A stretch of 64,000 bases of DNA, taken from positions 18,538,001 through 18,602,000 of the forward strand of contig OZ024754.1 of the NCBI GenBank assembly GCA_964016885.1. The letters are read 5' to 3'. This DNA comes from Eledone cirrhosa. Taxonomy: Eukaryota. Each line of letters starts with the position of its first letter. The first letter of the stretch is position 1. Under the pieces are notes generated by a model. That model saw only the letters and a program-made list of their open reading frames with translations, was not told the DNA's origin and made no database searches. Shown here one piece after another: positions 29,800-47,500 of the stretch. The translations under genes were made by a program, and so were the position numbers.

Positions 29800-30092
29800 A
29801 GGGTCTGTGGTTTTTCTCACAAGTGAGAAAAACCACAGACCCTATATTAGAAAGTGAGGTTTTTTTTTACAAATTGAAAAATAACCGAGGTGTCCTACAC
29901 AAGTGAAAGTATAAAGAAAAAGAGATGAAATCGATAATGCAACTGGAGTCATATTTAAAAAAAAAAAATATATATTTAAAAAAAAAATAAGACTCCAGTT
30001 GCATTTTCGATTTCATCTCTTTTTCTTTATACTTTCACTCGTGTAGGACACCTCGGTTATTTTTCAATTTGTAAAAAAAAACCTCACTTTCT
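29800..30092. repeat. two consecutive fold-backs of a pLTR unit
   Basis: 21-bp perfect hairpin at 29800-29843 and a ~240 bp palindrome at 29849-30092. Confidence 0.85.
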
Positions 30093-30094
30093 TC

Positions 30095-30836
30095 GTTTAT
30101 TACTGCTATATATATTTCGGTGACAGCCATCTTTGGCTGTGACCTCTTCAGGCAGTCGAAATTAGTGTGGTAGAGACGAGTACACATGTTGTTGAGGTGT
30201 ATAACTTTGTCAATACTCTGATATGCCCAGTTCCTGGTTGGATTGTTATTTCACTGAGGAACTGGATTCATATGAATTTAAACAAACGAATTTCAGCGTC
30301 AAAGGGCCTCTTCTCCTCTCATTGGTCAGTTGTTAGAACATTCCTCAGTCAAAAGTCTATAGAAATTCGTTCTGAGGCAAGCCAATCTGTAGTGGTTGTT
30401 CTTGTTATTGTTAGGTACATCTGACCTCTATTCTTATGTTGGTAGTGGTGTTGTTGTTGGAGTCAGCTAAAAAAAAAGTATAAAGTGGTAGAAGGAATAA
30501 GATGGTAATGGAACAAAATAAAATAAAATAATCGAATAAAATGTGTGTGTGTTATACCCATCTCAATGTTATAAAGATTTGTAAGGTCACTCTTCCCATT
30601 GGTCAGTTTTGAGAGCATTCCTCAGTCCAAAGTCTATAGAAATTCTTTCTGGGGTGAGGGTCCCTGTAGTGTTTGTGTTTGCTATTGTTAAGTACATCTG
30701 ACCTCTACCCTTATTTTGGTAGTGTTGTTGGTGTTGTGGCCAGCTTATGTCTTGCTGCTGCTGACAATTTAGAAGTATCTGTGTGTGTTTCTTCATCCCT
30801 CCTGCCACCATCTCCTGTGGTGGAGGTGGTGGTGGT

Positions 30837-30915
<79 letters not shown>

Positions 30916-33220
30916 CTGCCGTGTATATGAAGAAATAGAAGGCAATAAAAAGAAGAAAACAGAAAATAAATAATAAATAGAGAATAAATGAAAAATTAAT
31001 GAAAAAGTAATGAAAAAGTAATGAAAAACGAATATGGAAAATGAAAAATGAAAATGAAAAGTGAAAAATAAAAATGAAGATTCAAATAAAATAAGATAAA
31101 ATGTGTGTGTGTTATAACCAATCTCAAGGTCAGAAATATGTTGGATAAAGTGGTAGGAGGAACAAGATGGTAAAAGAATAAAACGAAATAGGATAATCAA
31201 ATAAAATGTGTGTGTGTTATAACCCATCTCAACTTAAATATAAATATAAGGTGATAAAGTGAAGAAAACAGAAAACAAATAACAAATGAATAATGAGAAA
31301 TCAAAAATGAAAGATCAAAAATCAAGTAAATTAAAATGTGTGTGTGTTATAAAGATATTGGCCGCTTCCACCTCTTAGTATCTTGAGGGTCCCGTTCAGA
31401 CATAGTTAGCATATGCAAGATCCCCCTTTATCGGGTGGTACTTTCCTGATTATGGACCAGGCCAGAGAGTACGGGGTCCTGTCCAGCTTAAGCTTCCAGA
31501 TCAGGTCGGAGAGAACCGTACTTCTCCTTTTGGCCTCCTTATTGAAGGAATGGCGATGGTTATATCCGTATTGGACATCGGGTTAGATCCGTATTGGACA
31601 TCGCTAAAAATAGGGCCTTATTGAGTACTATGGGTGAGATTGAGGAGTAGTAGCCTGCGATATCCAGTTGTATAAAGCTGGTCTTACTTTTCTCATGGAG
31701 TATCTTAAGATGTGAACTCCCCTCAAGCTATAGGGACTTCTCCAGAACATGTAGACACCTCTCGGCCAGACCTCCCTTAAGCTATACGGGCAGTAACAAC
31801 ACCATAGGTTGGGAACTCCCCTCAAGCCATAGGGACCACCCCAGGCTGAGCAGACACCATGATAGCCTAGAGATTGATTCTGACACAGCCTTTATAATTT
31901 GGCCAACATCTTTATAACACACACATTTTAATTTACTTGATTTTTGATTTTTCATTTTTGATTTCTCATTATTCATTTGTTATTTGTTTTCTGTTTTCTT
32001 CACTTTATCACCTTATATTTATATTTAAGTTGAGATGGGTTATAACACACACACATTTTATTTGATTATCCTATTTCGTTTTATTCTTTTACCATCTTGT
32101 TCCTCCTACCACTTTATCCAACATATTTCTGACCTTGAGATTGGTTGTAACACACACACATTTTATCTTATTTTATTTGAATCTTCATTTTTATTTTTCA
32201 CTTTTCATTTTTATTTTTCATTTTCCATATTCATTTTTCATTACTTTTTCATTACTTTTCATTTATTCTCTATTTATTATTTATTTTCTGTTTTCTTCTT
32301 TTTATTGCCTTCTATTTCTTCATATACACGGCAGAACCCCCCCCCCCCCCCCCCCCACCACCACCACGGGAGATGGTGGCAGGAGGGATGAAAAAACACA
32401 CACACAGATACTTCTAAATTGTCAGCAGCAGCAAGACATAAGCTGACCACAACACCAACAACACTACCAAAATAAGGGTAGAGGTCAGATGTACTTAACA
32501 ATAGCAAATGTTATGTTGGTTAAAGAGATTACGTATATTGTTCTTAATAATATTAAGGTTAACTATGTTGCAATTTAAGATAGTAAAGAGTCCATCGTCA
32601 CGATAAATTCCACCGCGAAGTTGAGGAATTTTCCGACTCAAAGAGTTCAAAATAAAGATACCAATTAAATCTGTCAATTGGGATGAATCGGATGCTTCCA
32701 TTGTGATGTCAAAGTTGTTAGAGGTATCGGCTCTGGTCCAATATTCATTGTTGAACTCTAGGATGGTTTTACGTGCGGTGAGAATGATGTGAAGTTCATC
32801 TGTGGTGATGTCAGAATATTTAAGTGCGAAAGATAGAGCATTATTGAGAAGTGAAGGCGAAATAGAAGAATAGTAGCTGGCAATATCAAATTGAACAAAT
32901 TTTAGTTTGTTTTTATTATTCAATTTGTTGAACCAGCCAATCACTTCAGAAGTACCAAACCATAAATTTAAGTTAAAAAAAGAGCAATTAGAACGAACCT
33001 GTGGGATAATTCTATCCAATATGGCTTTACTAACAACCCCCAGATCTGATTTAGAGGGGGCGATTAATCTAACAGGTAGTTCAGTGCGAAAATTGTTTTT
33101 GTGATCCTTGAGATTTATCCTCGGAGTTCTTAGGAGGAATGGTTCGGTCTTTTTTTCAATGCCAAGTTTTGACATAATCTCAGAGGCTTCAAAGTTTATA
33201 TATTCTAAATTATCATGGTT
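30095..33220 (-). mobile_element. rearranged PLE: RT fragment (32509-33220), inverted pLTR, GIY-YIG fragment (31364-31620), pLTR
   Basis: RT motifs LKDHK, VRLIAPSKS, FVQFDIASYYSSI, GIYRDDGL; manual translation RYNHRHSF..STVLSDLIWKLK..WSII..C*LC; inverted repeat 30678-31363 vs 31901-32508. Confidence 0.82.
30102..30156 (-). ncRNA. type I HHR, canonical core
   Basis: Minus strand: ACTGC-CTGAAGA-GGTCACAGCCAAAGATGGCTGTCACC-GAAA-TATATA-TA-GCAGT. Confidence 0.85.
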
Positions 33221-33664
33221 CCATCACACATATTATTAAACCCTTAAATATTATTCTTAATACATATTAACATTTTCTTTTCATCGCACATATTATTAAA
33301 CCCTTCAATATACAAACCTTAACTTTACATTATTTTTCTCTTCGTTAATTTTCAAATTCTTTTAATTTATACATTATCTTCCAACGGTTTTCAACCTCTC
33401 TATGTAAAACAATATATCTTTCTCAGTTATAAAAGCTATCTCTCTCTCTCTCTCTATCACCCATCTCTCCTCCTATCTCATCCTTCCTCATTATACTCCT
33501 CCTTCTCCACTTTTTACTCTCATCTCCTCCTCTTTTTCACCCCCCCCCCTCAAAATAAAATATTTTTCCCAATATCACACATCAATCTAAAACTACTTTT
33601 CATATGTTGATTTAAAACTGCACTATCCACAAGTGTTTTTTAACCTTCATATCATGTCTTCCTG

Positions 33665-33729
33665 TTTTATCTGATGAAAACAAATATTATTGCATGATGA
33701 TATTTGTTTTTGAAATGCGCATAATAAAA
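33665..33729 (+). ncRNA. type I HHR
   Basis: TTTTAT-CTGATGA-AAACAAATATTAT..ATGATATTTGTTTTT-GAAA-TGCGCA-TA-ATAAAA. Confidence 0.78.
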
Positions 33730-33759
33730 TACATGGAACTCTTTTAACCATCTTTTGTT

Positions 33760-33857
<98 letters not shown>

Positions 33858-33893
33858 TTATATATGTATGTATATAAATATATGTTATATATA

Positions 33894-36800
33894 TGTAGCG
33901 AATATTTGGGTTGTAACGGATAAGTGAATAGATGGAATTGTTGGTATGATGGTTTCAATGCAAAGAATAATACGAGGCTTGTGTTGTTACAAAGTTTATT
34001 TCATTATAACAATATTTAATTTGAATATTGAATGATAAAATTTATAACATGAAATATTCGTACAATAATTTGGTGGCTCTTTGAGCCACGTAAATACAAG
34101 TATCACAGAATACGATTATAAGATAATTTGAATTGTATCTGAAAGATACAATGTGACAGAAATGGTACGTATAAAAATGCAATCAGTGTGAACTTACTGT
34201 GTGTGCGTGTGTACGTATTAGTATACTTTCTTGTTTTAGCAGTAGTAGTAATCACTCAGCCAGGCGTGTGAGAAGTTAGTAGACAGACGGTTTTCGTGAC
34301 TATAGCGTGTAAATGCGACCTGTCTTGTCTGTAGTCCACTTTTTCTGCCGGGCCGTAATCAACACTTGTATTTATAACGGTTGAAGTTAGAAGGATAGAT
34401 ATATCCTCTGACCTTTGGTTAGTATCTCCCAAGGGGTTGGTCTGCCAGGAGAAAACAACTCAGAAGGATGGATATATCATCTGACCTATTTTCTGCCATA
34501 TGTAAACAACTGACCTGTGTTTAGCATCTCCCAAGGGGTTGGTCTGCCGGGTGCAAACAACTAACCACGGCTTGTCCCAGAGGCTGGAAAGCTCAGATTC
34601 GGTTTCGAATCTTCGCCGCCGTTATAGTACTCCCCTTCCAGTGAGAAAGCTAAAGATTGAACGATCTAGGTGTATGTAAAATTAAGATAGGTATGACTAT
34701 GTGTGTTGTTGAAGAAAATCAGAAAAAAAAATACATTAAAGTCACTTACAAACACTTGAAAGAAAACATGCAAAGCAAAAGAAATTTACATGCAGGAAAA
34801 TGTACTGTGATGTTTCATAAAATTGAAAATGTTCGTACGAAAAGTTTGTTGATTAAAAGTTCGTTCATTTCATAGAAACGGAAAAATGTTCTTTTGTCTG
34901 TTTTTTTTATGTGTGTGATGCACAGAGTCAATTGATTTGTGTGTAGCAATAGTTCATGACCACAAAAATTGGCCGATTCGTTGAAATGTACAAATTAGCC
35001 GAAATGTCGACCAGATGCATAATTTGTACTTACCCGATAAACTTGTACGTATCGCGTGGGCCATCGAACTGTACTTCCAGATTTGGTGTGTCGGGGTTGT
35101 GCAGAATTTGTCGTGTTTGTGTTGGGCAAAGTTGTTGGTGAGTCTGCTGGAGAAACGGTGGGTACTGGTGGCAATTCCTGTTCCATGAACGCTTTTTTTA
35201 AACGGTCAATGGAGACGGTATTTCGTTTCCCGTTCAAGTCGAGGACGAAATACTTAGGGCGTTTCTGTATCACCTTATAGGGCCCGGAATACGGCGGACG
35301 AAGTTGCGATGGAATACTGTCATTTCTAACGAAAACATGCGTCCATGTATCGATGTCTTTTGGTAAGTGTAAAGTAATGTGCTGTTGTTTAGGGGCTGAA
35401 GGAGACAGCTGCGACATCGGTGACCGTAAACGGTGCACATATTTTGTTGGGTCTGGAAGTTCTTGTGGCGAAACAGGAGCGATCATTTGCCCAGGTAGAG
35501 TGAGTACGGTGCCATAAACCATTTCAGCCGGAGAATGTCCGACTCCCTCCTTAACAGTGGAACGAATACCGAGAAGAATGAGTGGGAGGTATTCGAACCA
35601 GTTAGTGGAGTCTGCGTAAGCCTTGATGGCTGCTTTTAGCTGACGGTGGAAACGTTCTATCATACCGTTAGCGGCAGGGTGATAGGCCGTTTACACCCAA
35701 GGAGACGAGTCAGCTCGGTAAAGAGGTGCGAATCGAACTGACGTCCTCTATCCGTAGAGATGTTCGCGGGTGTGCCGAAACGCGAAACCCAGTGAAACAC
35801 TAGCGTTTTGGCGACAGTTTCCGCGGTAATATCCTTCAGGGGAAAAGCTTCTGGCAAGCGAGAAAATCGGTCGACACAGGTGAGAAGATGAGTGTAGTTG
35901 TGAGAAGGAGGCGAGGTCCAACGATGTCTATATGCACATGTTGGAACCGTGCATCAGGTATTGCGAAAGAACCGATCGGGGCTTTGATGTGCCGGTGAAT
36001 TTTCGCCTTCTGGCAAGCGATACAGTTCCTAGCCCATTCACGGGTGTCCTTGTTGGGCCACACAAAGCGGGCAACCATCAGTTTCCGCGTGGCATGGACG
36101 CCAGGATGTGCCAGAGAATGCAGTGCCGAAAAAACGTCGCGTCGATGTTTCCGGGGAACGTATGGGCGCTCGTGGCCTGTGGAGATGTCGCACCAAATAT
36201 AACCCGAAGAAGAGGGCAGCGGGCATTCCTGCAATTTCAAGGATGATTTCCGGAGCTGCAGCAGTTCCTCGTCATTCTGTTGATCCGCTGCAATCTTCTG
36301 GAGATCGATAATGGCAGTGGTGTGGATTGCGTTAAGCTCCATGCGTGATAGGGCATCAGCTGCTAAGTTAGTGGCACCCTTAATGCACCGAATATCAGTA
36401 GTGTACTAAGAAATGAAGTCCAAATGTCAGATCTTCCTGGGTGAGTGTCGGTCAGGCTTGGCGTTGAACGCGTACACTAGTGGTTTGTGGTCGGTGTATA
36501 TGGAGAACACTCGACCTTCTAGCATGTGTCGAAAATGCTTGACAGCAAGGTATGCTGCCAATAATTCACGACTGAATGTGCTGTACTTAGTTTCGGCGGG
36601 TTTTAATCGCTTAGAGAAAAAAGATACAGGTCGCCAAATATCGCCAGAGAGTTGTTGAAGTACCCTTAATGTGGTACCCTTAATGTATCACAGTATCACA
36701 GAATACGATTATAAGATAATTTGTACTGTATCTGAAAGATACAATGTGACAAAAATGGTACGTATAAAAATGCAATCAGTGTGAACTTACTGTGTATGCG

Positions 36801-37222
36801 TGTGTACGTATTAGTATACTTTTTTGTTTTAGCAGTAGTAGTAATCACTCAGCCAGACGTGTGAGAAGTTAGTAGGCAGCCGGTTTTCGTGACTATAGCG
36901 TGTAAATGCGACCTGTCTTGTCTGTAGTCCACTTTTTCTGCCGGGCCGTAAACAACACTTGTATTTATAACGGTTGAAGTTAGAAGGATAGATATATCCT
37001 CTGACCTTTGGTTAGTAACTCCCAAGGGGTTGGTCTGCCAGGTGTAAACAACTCAGAAGGATGGATATATCATCTGACCTATTTTCTGCCAGGTGTAAAC
37101 TACCTCTGACATGTGTTTAGCATCTCCCAAGGGTTTGGTTTGCCGGGCGTAAAGAACTAACCACGGCTTGTCCCAGAGGCGGAAAAGCTCAGATTCGGTT
37201 TCGAATCTTCGCCGCCGTTATA
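33894..37222 (-). mobile_element. Gypsy/Ty3 LTR retrotransposon, internally deleted (RNase H and integrase remain)
   Basis: LTRs 33894-34626 and 36692-37222 (partial); PPT GGAAGGGGAGTAC next to the 3' LTR; RNase H motifs; integrase HHCC (HSLAH..CIAC), [26 protein letters not shown] motif. Confidence 0.93.
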
Positions 37223-37369
37223 TATATATACATATATATGCACATATATATGCATATGCATTCATGTCTATAAGTTTACATGTATACATACATACTTACA
37301 TACATATGCGTTAACAACTACACATGTATAGCAGGGAAACTGGGTGTTAAATGAGGATATATATCTATA

Positions 37370-37409
<40 letters not shown>

Positions 37410-37412
<3 letters not shown>

Positions 37413-38012
37413 CGAAGGAAGTGTAGTAAGGAACCGGATGGACCATAACGCACCAGAGTACTCAATACTTAGGGTAGTAGAGTAGGTAATAGGAAAATGT
37501 TTAACCCCGACGGCAGAGCTCAAGCCGTTTCGACAGCTATTTCTGGACTAAATTAGAATTTTTAGCGTGGTAATAAATAGCCGAACTTTTCATATGGGAA
37601 GATTGTAGTCGTCAAAAGGATTGGTCAACATTTCTTGTAAACACAATTAAATCTTTCATGGCAGTGGGTGGGGTGGGGTGTTGACTGAACTTGCCTGTAG
37701 AACAATGAGGGAGTGGGTGGAGCCGGTCAAGCGTTGAAAGTGAATTCTATACAGCAAATTCTAAGGAGTGTGTATGAAATTAGGCTAGGTAGAAGGCAGG
37801 CGAAGAAGGATACTGAGAGTCGGACGTTATAGAAATGGTTAAACAATTGAGATTAAAGGATAATAAATAAAAAAATAAAAATAATAAAATTAAATAGTAA
37901 AAATAATAAAAAAAGTTCGGCTATTTATTACCACGCCAAAAATTCTAATTTACTCCAGAAATAGCCGTCGAAACGGCTTGAGTTCTGCCGTCGGGGTTAA
38001 ACATTTTCCTCG
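37410..38012 (-). mobile_element. PLE pLTR with HHR (37505-37598) and an inverted partial copy (37911-38010)
   Basis: GAAA-CGGCTTGAGCTCTGCCG-TC-GGGG forms a full stem III with a GUC site; other pieces of this family at 14640-14810, 21628-21700, 39955-39995 and 50580-50778. Confidence 0.75.
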
Positions 38013-38034
38013 CTATTAGCTTTCTCCGATAATG

Positions 38035-38111
<77 letters not shown>

Positions 38112-38339
38112 GTTTCTTTATTAGCCACAGGGGCACAAAAGAAGGGGACAAATACAAAGGGGGAAGATAGATAGATAGATAGATAGATAATAAAGTTGTA
38201 TCTGTATAAATATAGAGACTGCATCAAAGTGTATAAATATATACATATATTTAATATGTAGACATATAAACATGCCAGAAAATATGAATTTTCCTGTTAA
38301 TTAAAAAATGCTAAACATCATTAATCGATTTACAGATTT

Positions 38340-39063
38340 TATTGCACTGAATAGCAGAAGCTATCAACCACTTCTATGGATCCTTGATTGAAAAAGGTGT
38401 ATGTCACTGATGTTCTGCTCATAGATTACTCCTGTACATATGGAGACTTCCTTTCCTGTTAGTCTGGTAGCTATCCCACTACACATCTTGTGTACCTTAA
38501 ATTTGTATTGTGTACGTCGTATAGAGTTTCTGCCTACTTTTTTTCTGCAAATCGAGCAAGGCCATTTCCCAGTTGGGATCAGGGTCCTGTCTTCTTTCCT
38601 ACTTACCAACACTTTAGTTTTTTCTAAGTTTACTCTCAGCCTTTTTGATGCTAAGTTCTGTTTCCATAGTCAAAACTTATTCTCTAGTTCTACAGATTCA
38701 GCTATAAGGACCAAATCATCAGCATAAAGAAGTTTTCATGGACAGCCAGTCTCAAACCCCGCTGCTATAGCCTGGTGAACTATGATGAACAGAAGTGGGC
38801 TGAGAACCAAACCCTGATGTACTCCTAACTGTAGCTTGAATTCCTCACTAAACTCACTTCCTACTCTCACTTTACTGACATGTCTTGCACTGCACTCTCC
38901 TCTCAAGCCATTCTTCTACATCTAATTTTCTTAAGAACCATCAGATAACAGATCAAGATACTCTGTCAAAGGTCTTTTCTATATCAACAAAAACTAAAAA
39001 TAGCAGCATATTCTTGACCAGGAACTTCTTTTGTAGTTATTTCACTAAGAAGAGGGCATCATG
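38340..39063 (-). mobile_element. old degenerate RTE RT fragment
   Basis: GKWPCSICRK.VGRNSI and GVHQGLVLSPLLF homology to the other RTE copies. Confidence 0.8.
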
Positions 39064-39089
39064 ATACTATATATATATATATATATATA

Positions 39090-43055
<3,966 letters not shown>

Positions 43056-43109
43056 TGTATATGTGTATGTATATGTGTATGTGTATGTATATGTGTATGT
43101 GTATGTATC

Positions 43110-43432
43110 CAATGATGTTGACTTGTTCTTCTTTTTGGTAAATATCATCTTGGTTAAGAGAGTGGGACTGGCTTTGTGCAGTGCCTTTGCTCACTATAAA
43201 AGCTTCACGACACAGGCATTGCTTTATATCTGGAGATCTCTCTGCACTTGTCGTCACATGGTACCATGGGCCCAGCACTATGTGTCAATAATTGTCACAA
43301 GTGTAGTGTTTGTACCAGAGTTTTCCAGTCGCTGGCTGGACTAAAAAGTCACACTCGTTCAGCGCATCGGTAGGGGTTCTCCTACATGGTTATAAAGTAG
43401 TGGCCGTACTCGAAAACGAGTTGGCAGCCACC
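43110..43432 (+). mobile_element. 3' end of an RTE-like LINE with C-terminal C2H2 finger
   Basis: CSVCTRVFQSLAGLKSHTRSAHR*; related 3' end at ~26320-26487 (KSLAGLKS...CGAGTTGCAGCCACCAT). Confidence 0.6.
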
Positions 43433-43774
43433 ATATGTATGTGTATGTGTGTGTGTGTGTGTGTATGTATTTATTTTTACGTATGTATGTGTATGTGCAA
43501 TTGTGTGTATTGCTTACCACGTGTGTTTGTTCATTTATTTGTTGCCTGTATCGCTGTCAACTTTATAATTTTTACATTTATTTTTATTCTTATGTGACGG
43601 TATTTTTATTATTATATTTTTTCTTATAATTATTTGTGTGTGTGCGTATGTATGTGTGTGTACATATATCTATATTTGTGTATGCGTATGTATGCGTGTA
43701 TATGTGTGTGTATGTATGTGTGTGTATGTACGTGTGTATATGTGTATGACTATGTGTATGTATGTATATATATA

Positions 43775-43841
<67 letters not shown>

Positions 43842-43855
43842 TTTATACATATATA

Positions 43856-44136
<281 letters not shown>

Positions 44137-44493
44137 AACATAAATTATCGAGATTCGCATTTCGGCCCGCGAAATAACGAAAAACAACCTCCGAGATGTG
44201 CGGCAAGTGCTCAATGATTCAGATGAACCAAAGCTATAACAAACGTTAAAGGCCAAACCCACCGAGACGATGGTTAAACAATCATTCGCATAGCCAAAAA
44301 AAAAACGATTAAGGAATTCGCGTATTGAAAATTTACCCGGACCCCTGGAAGGTTGGTAAAATCCAGTATATGGGTTTCTGCGGCTCCTAAATCAGGTACT
44401 GTCCGCTTACATAAATAATGTCAGGCTTCTGGTAAGATGATTGAACAAGGAAGCCACTTTCTCAACAGGTTTTAGTTCAATGTATATATATAT

Positions 44494-44580
<87 letters not shown>

Positions 44581-44584
<4 letters not shown>

Positions 44585-47500
44585 TATATCTATGTTTTTT
44601 ACATACTTATTTATACGTGTGTGTGTATGCGGGTGAATGTATGTGTATGTGTATGTATATGTGTGTATATGTATATGTATGTATGGGTGTGTATATACAT
44701 ATATATATATATAGTCGCGTACGTGCGTGCGATTAGATATACATGTGGCGATATATATATATATACGTGCCTCGTGTGTATGTATGTACGCATGCATGCG
44801 CTTTTGTCTGTACGTATTTGTGTGTATAAATATTTTTTTATATATATATATATATGTATGTACGTGCGTACCTATGTTTGTTTTCTTTTCTCTAGTGTTA
44901 ATTGATTACTTTCTCTTTGATTTAAAAAATATTTTTTCATTCTCATATATTGTTTCATTTTTATACATATATCGAGAATGACACTTCTTTTTACTATTAC
45001 ACTCCCTTCCCTCTTTATCTTCCGCATATAAGTGACCGCGCGCGTGTGTGTGTGTTTATACGCGTGCTTTCATACTCGTATGTGTATTTAATACCTGTAT
45101 CTGGATGCGTGTCAACTATATTATCATACAATTTCTTTTTCAACTCATATTATATACGTATTTGTGGTCACATATACACAAATATACTTGCCCTCATATA
45201 TGTACTTACGCACACATTTTCACCATACACATGCATTTGTACATACACACATATGTACATTTGTGAGTGTATATACATACATATACACATACCGTAACTA
45301 TATTTCCTTATTTTTTTATATATCTCTTGCATTACTTTTATTTATATATTTTTTGCATTTCTTGAGGAGACTTTTCAAATATTTCACTATGTTTTAAATT
45401 GCCTTGTCCGACGAACGAATGAGGACGTTTTTCGTATTCGTCTTATTCGGGAAACCTCTGGTAATGAGGTAATTATATTGTATTGTTTATTATACATTAA
45501 ATTTTGCTCTGGTACTTACATAGAGCACTCTTCACTCCTATGACTTTTTCAATTTTCAATGATCGCAGCATATTCTACATTTTTATGAGATTGGCACCTT
45601 CCAGCCCCTTTAAAGTCGATCACTCTTCAGTCAATAGGATTTTAAACCAATACTGAGCATGGATAAATATCCTTTGGATTACTCTATCAAGAATATCCCA
45701 ACACCTTCTAACACTTCCTACACGAAAATGCTGATAGACAAAGTAGAGAAGGTTGTTAAAAGAATGAGATGGAAAGCTTTGATTCACGATGGACACTTTA
45801 ACACGGACTCTACGGAACATTTTGATATCAAAATTCATAAATACCCGCAAAGAGTAAAAGATATGACCGCTTTTGAACTAGACTTAGTTAATCTAATCAA
45901 CCATATCAATTTTCGTAAGTACTCTAACCCTTTTCAATCTAAACTATCTAACGATATTTCAATATTCAAATCTTCTAAAAATAAGTTCATTTTCTCCGAC
46001 AAAACTAAAAACCTATACGAAGTTAATAATAATTTACACGACCAACTCTTAATAGATAACATCACCTCTAAATACCAAATAGCTAATATAAACACATATA
46101 ATAATAATATAAATAAGGAAGCTAAAGAATTAGCTAGTTCTTTAAAAATAGATAATAGGACAGAAAAAACTTGCTAAACGTAATGCATATATCACCCTTA
46201 AAGATCACAAACCTGACTTTATTAATCGTCCTAGTTGTAGATTAATCAACCCTGCTAAGACTGATATCGGTCTTGCCAGCAAAAACATTTTAAATAATAT
46301 AAACACACAGATTAGAAGTAAGTCTGAATTACTCAAATGGATAAATAGCTCTTCCGTAGTACATTGGTTTAATAATATTAAAGATGAAAATAGTTCTAGA
46401 TTCACCCAATTTGACATTGTAGATTTCTACTCGTCTATCACTCAGACTCTTTTAGCGAAAGCCTTAAATTTCGCTAGAAATTTTACCAATATTTCTGACA
46501 TTGAAGAGAATGTCATCTTGCACGCTAGAAACACTCTACTCTTTACTGTTAATGACACTTGGGTAAAACTATCTAACCCAGAGAACCCATTCGATGTCTC
46601 AATGGGTTCTTTTGACAGTGCTGATATTTGTGATTTAGTCGGCCTATTCCTCCTACACACACTTAAAGAAAAATTCCCTAACCATATTTTTGGGCTTTAT
46701 CGCGACAATGGTCTAATACTTTCCCATACCACCATAGGCCATAACTTAGATAGATTAAGGAAAGACTTAATAAAAACCTTCGCTAGTTTTAATCTTAAAA
46801 TTACTATTGACACTAACCTTTCCAATGTTAATTTTCTAGATATAAACCTAGATCTGCCTACTGCTTCTTATAAACCATACCATAAACCTAATGAAAAAAT
46901 TTAAAATATATAAATAAAGGCTCTTGCCATCCTCCTATAGTTTTTAAAAACCTTATCCCTAATATTAGCCGTAGGATCTCCACCCTCTCTTCCTCAGAAG
47001 CTATTTTCAATAAGGCATCCCCGTACTATAATAAAGCCCTTCAAAATAGCGGATTTAGCGAACCGATTAAGTACATACCCAACAATACTAACTCTTTTAA
47101 ACATAATAATAGGAAAAGAAAAATAATCCGTATGTGTGCGTGCGTACGTATATGTATGTGTGTTTTTATATCTATGTTTTTTTTATATCTATGTTTTTTA
47201 CATACTTATTTATACGTGTGTGTGTATGCGGGTGAATGTATGTGTATGTGTATGTATATGTGTGTATATGTATATGTATGTATGGGTGTGTATATATATA
47301 TGTATATATATATATATATAGTCGCGTACGTACGTGTGATTAGATATACATGTGGCGATATATATATATATACGTGCCTCGTGTGTATGTATGTACGCAT
47401 GCATGCGCTTTTGACTGTACGTATTTGTGTGTATAAATATTTTTATATATATATATATATATGTATGTACGTGCGTACCTATGTTTGTTTTCTTTTCTCT

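Noticed and set aside
44355-44475. Possible HHR on the minus strand (CTGTTGA...GAAA-CCCA..TGGA)
   Set aside because: The core and cleavage triplet are both non-canonical and there is no second copy in the window.
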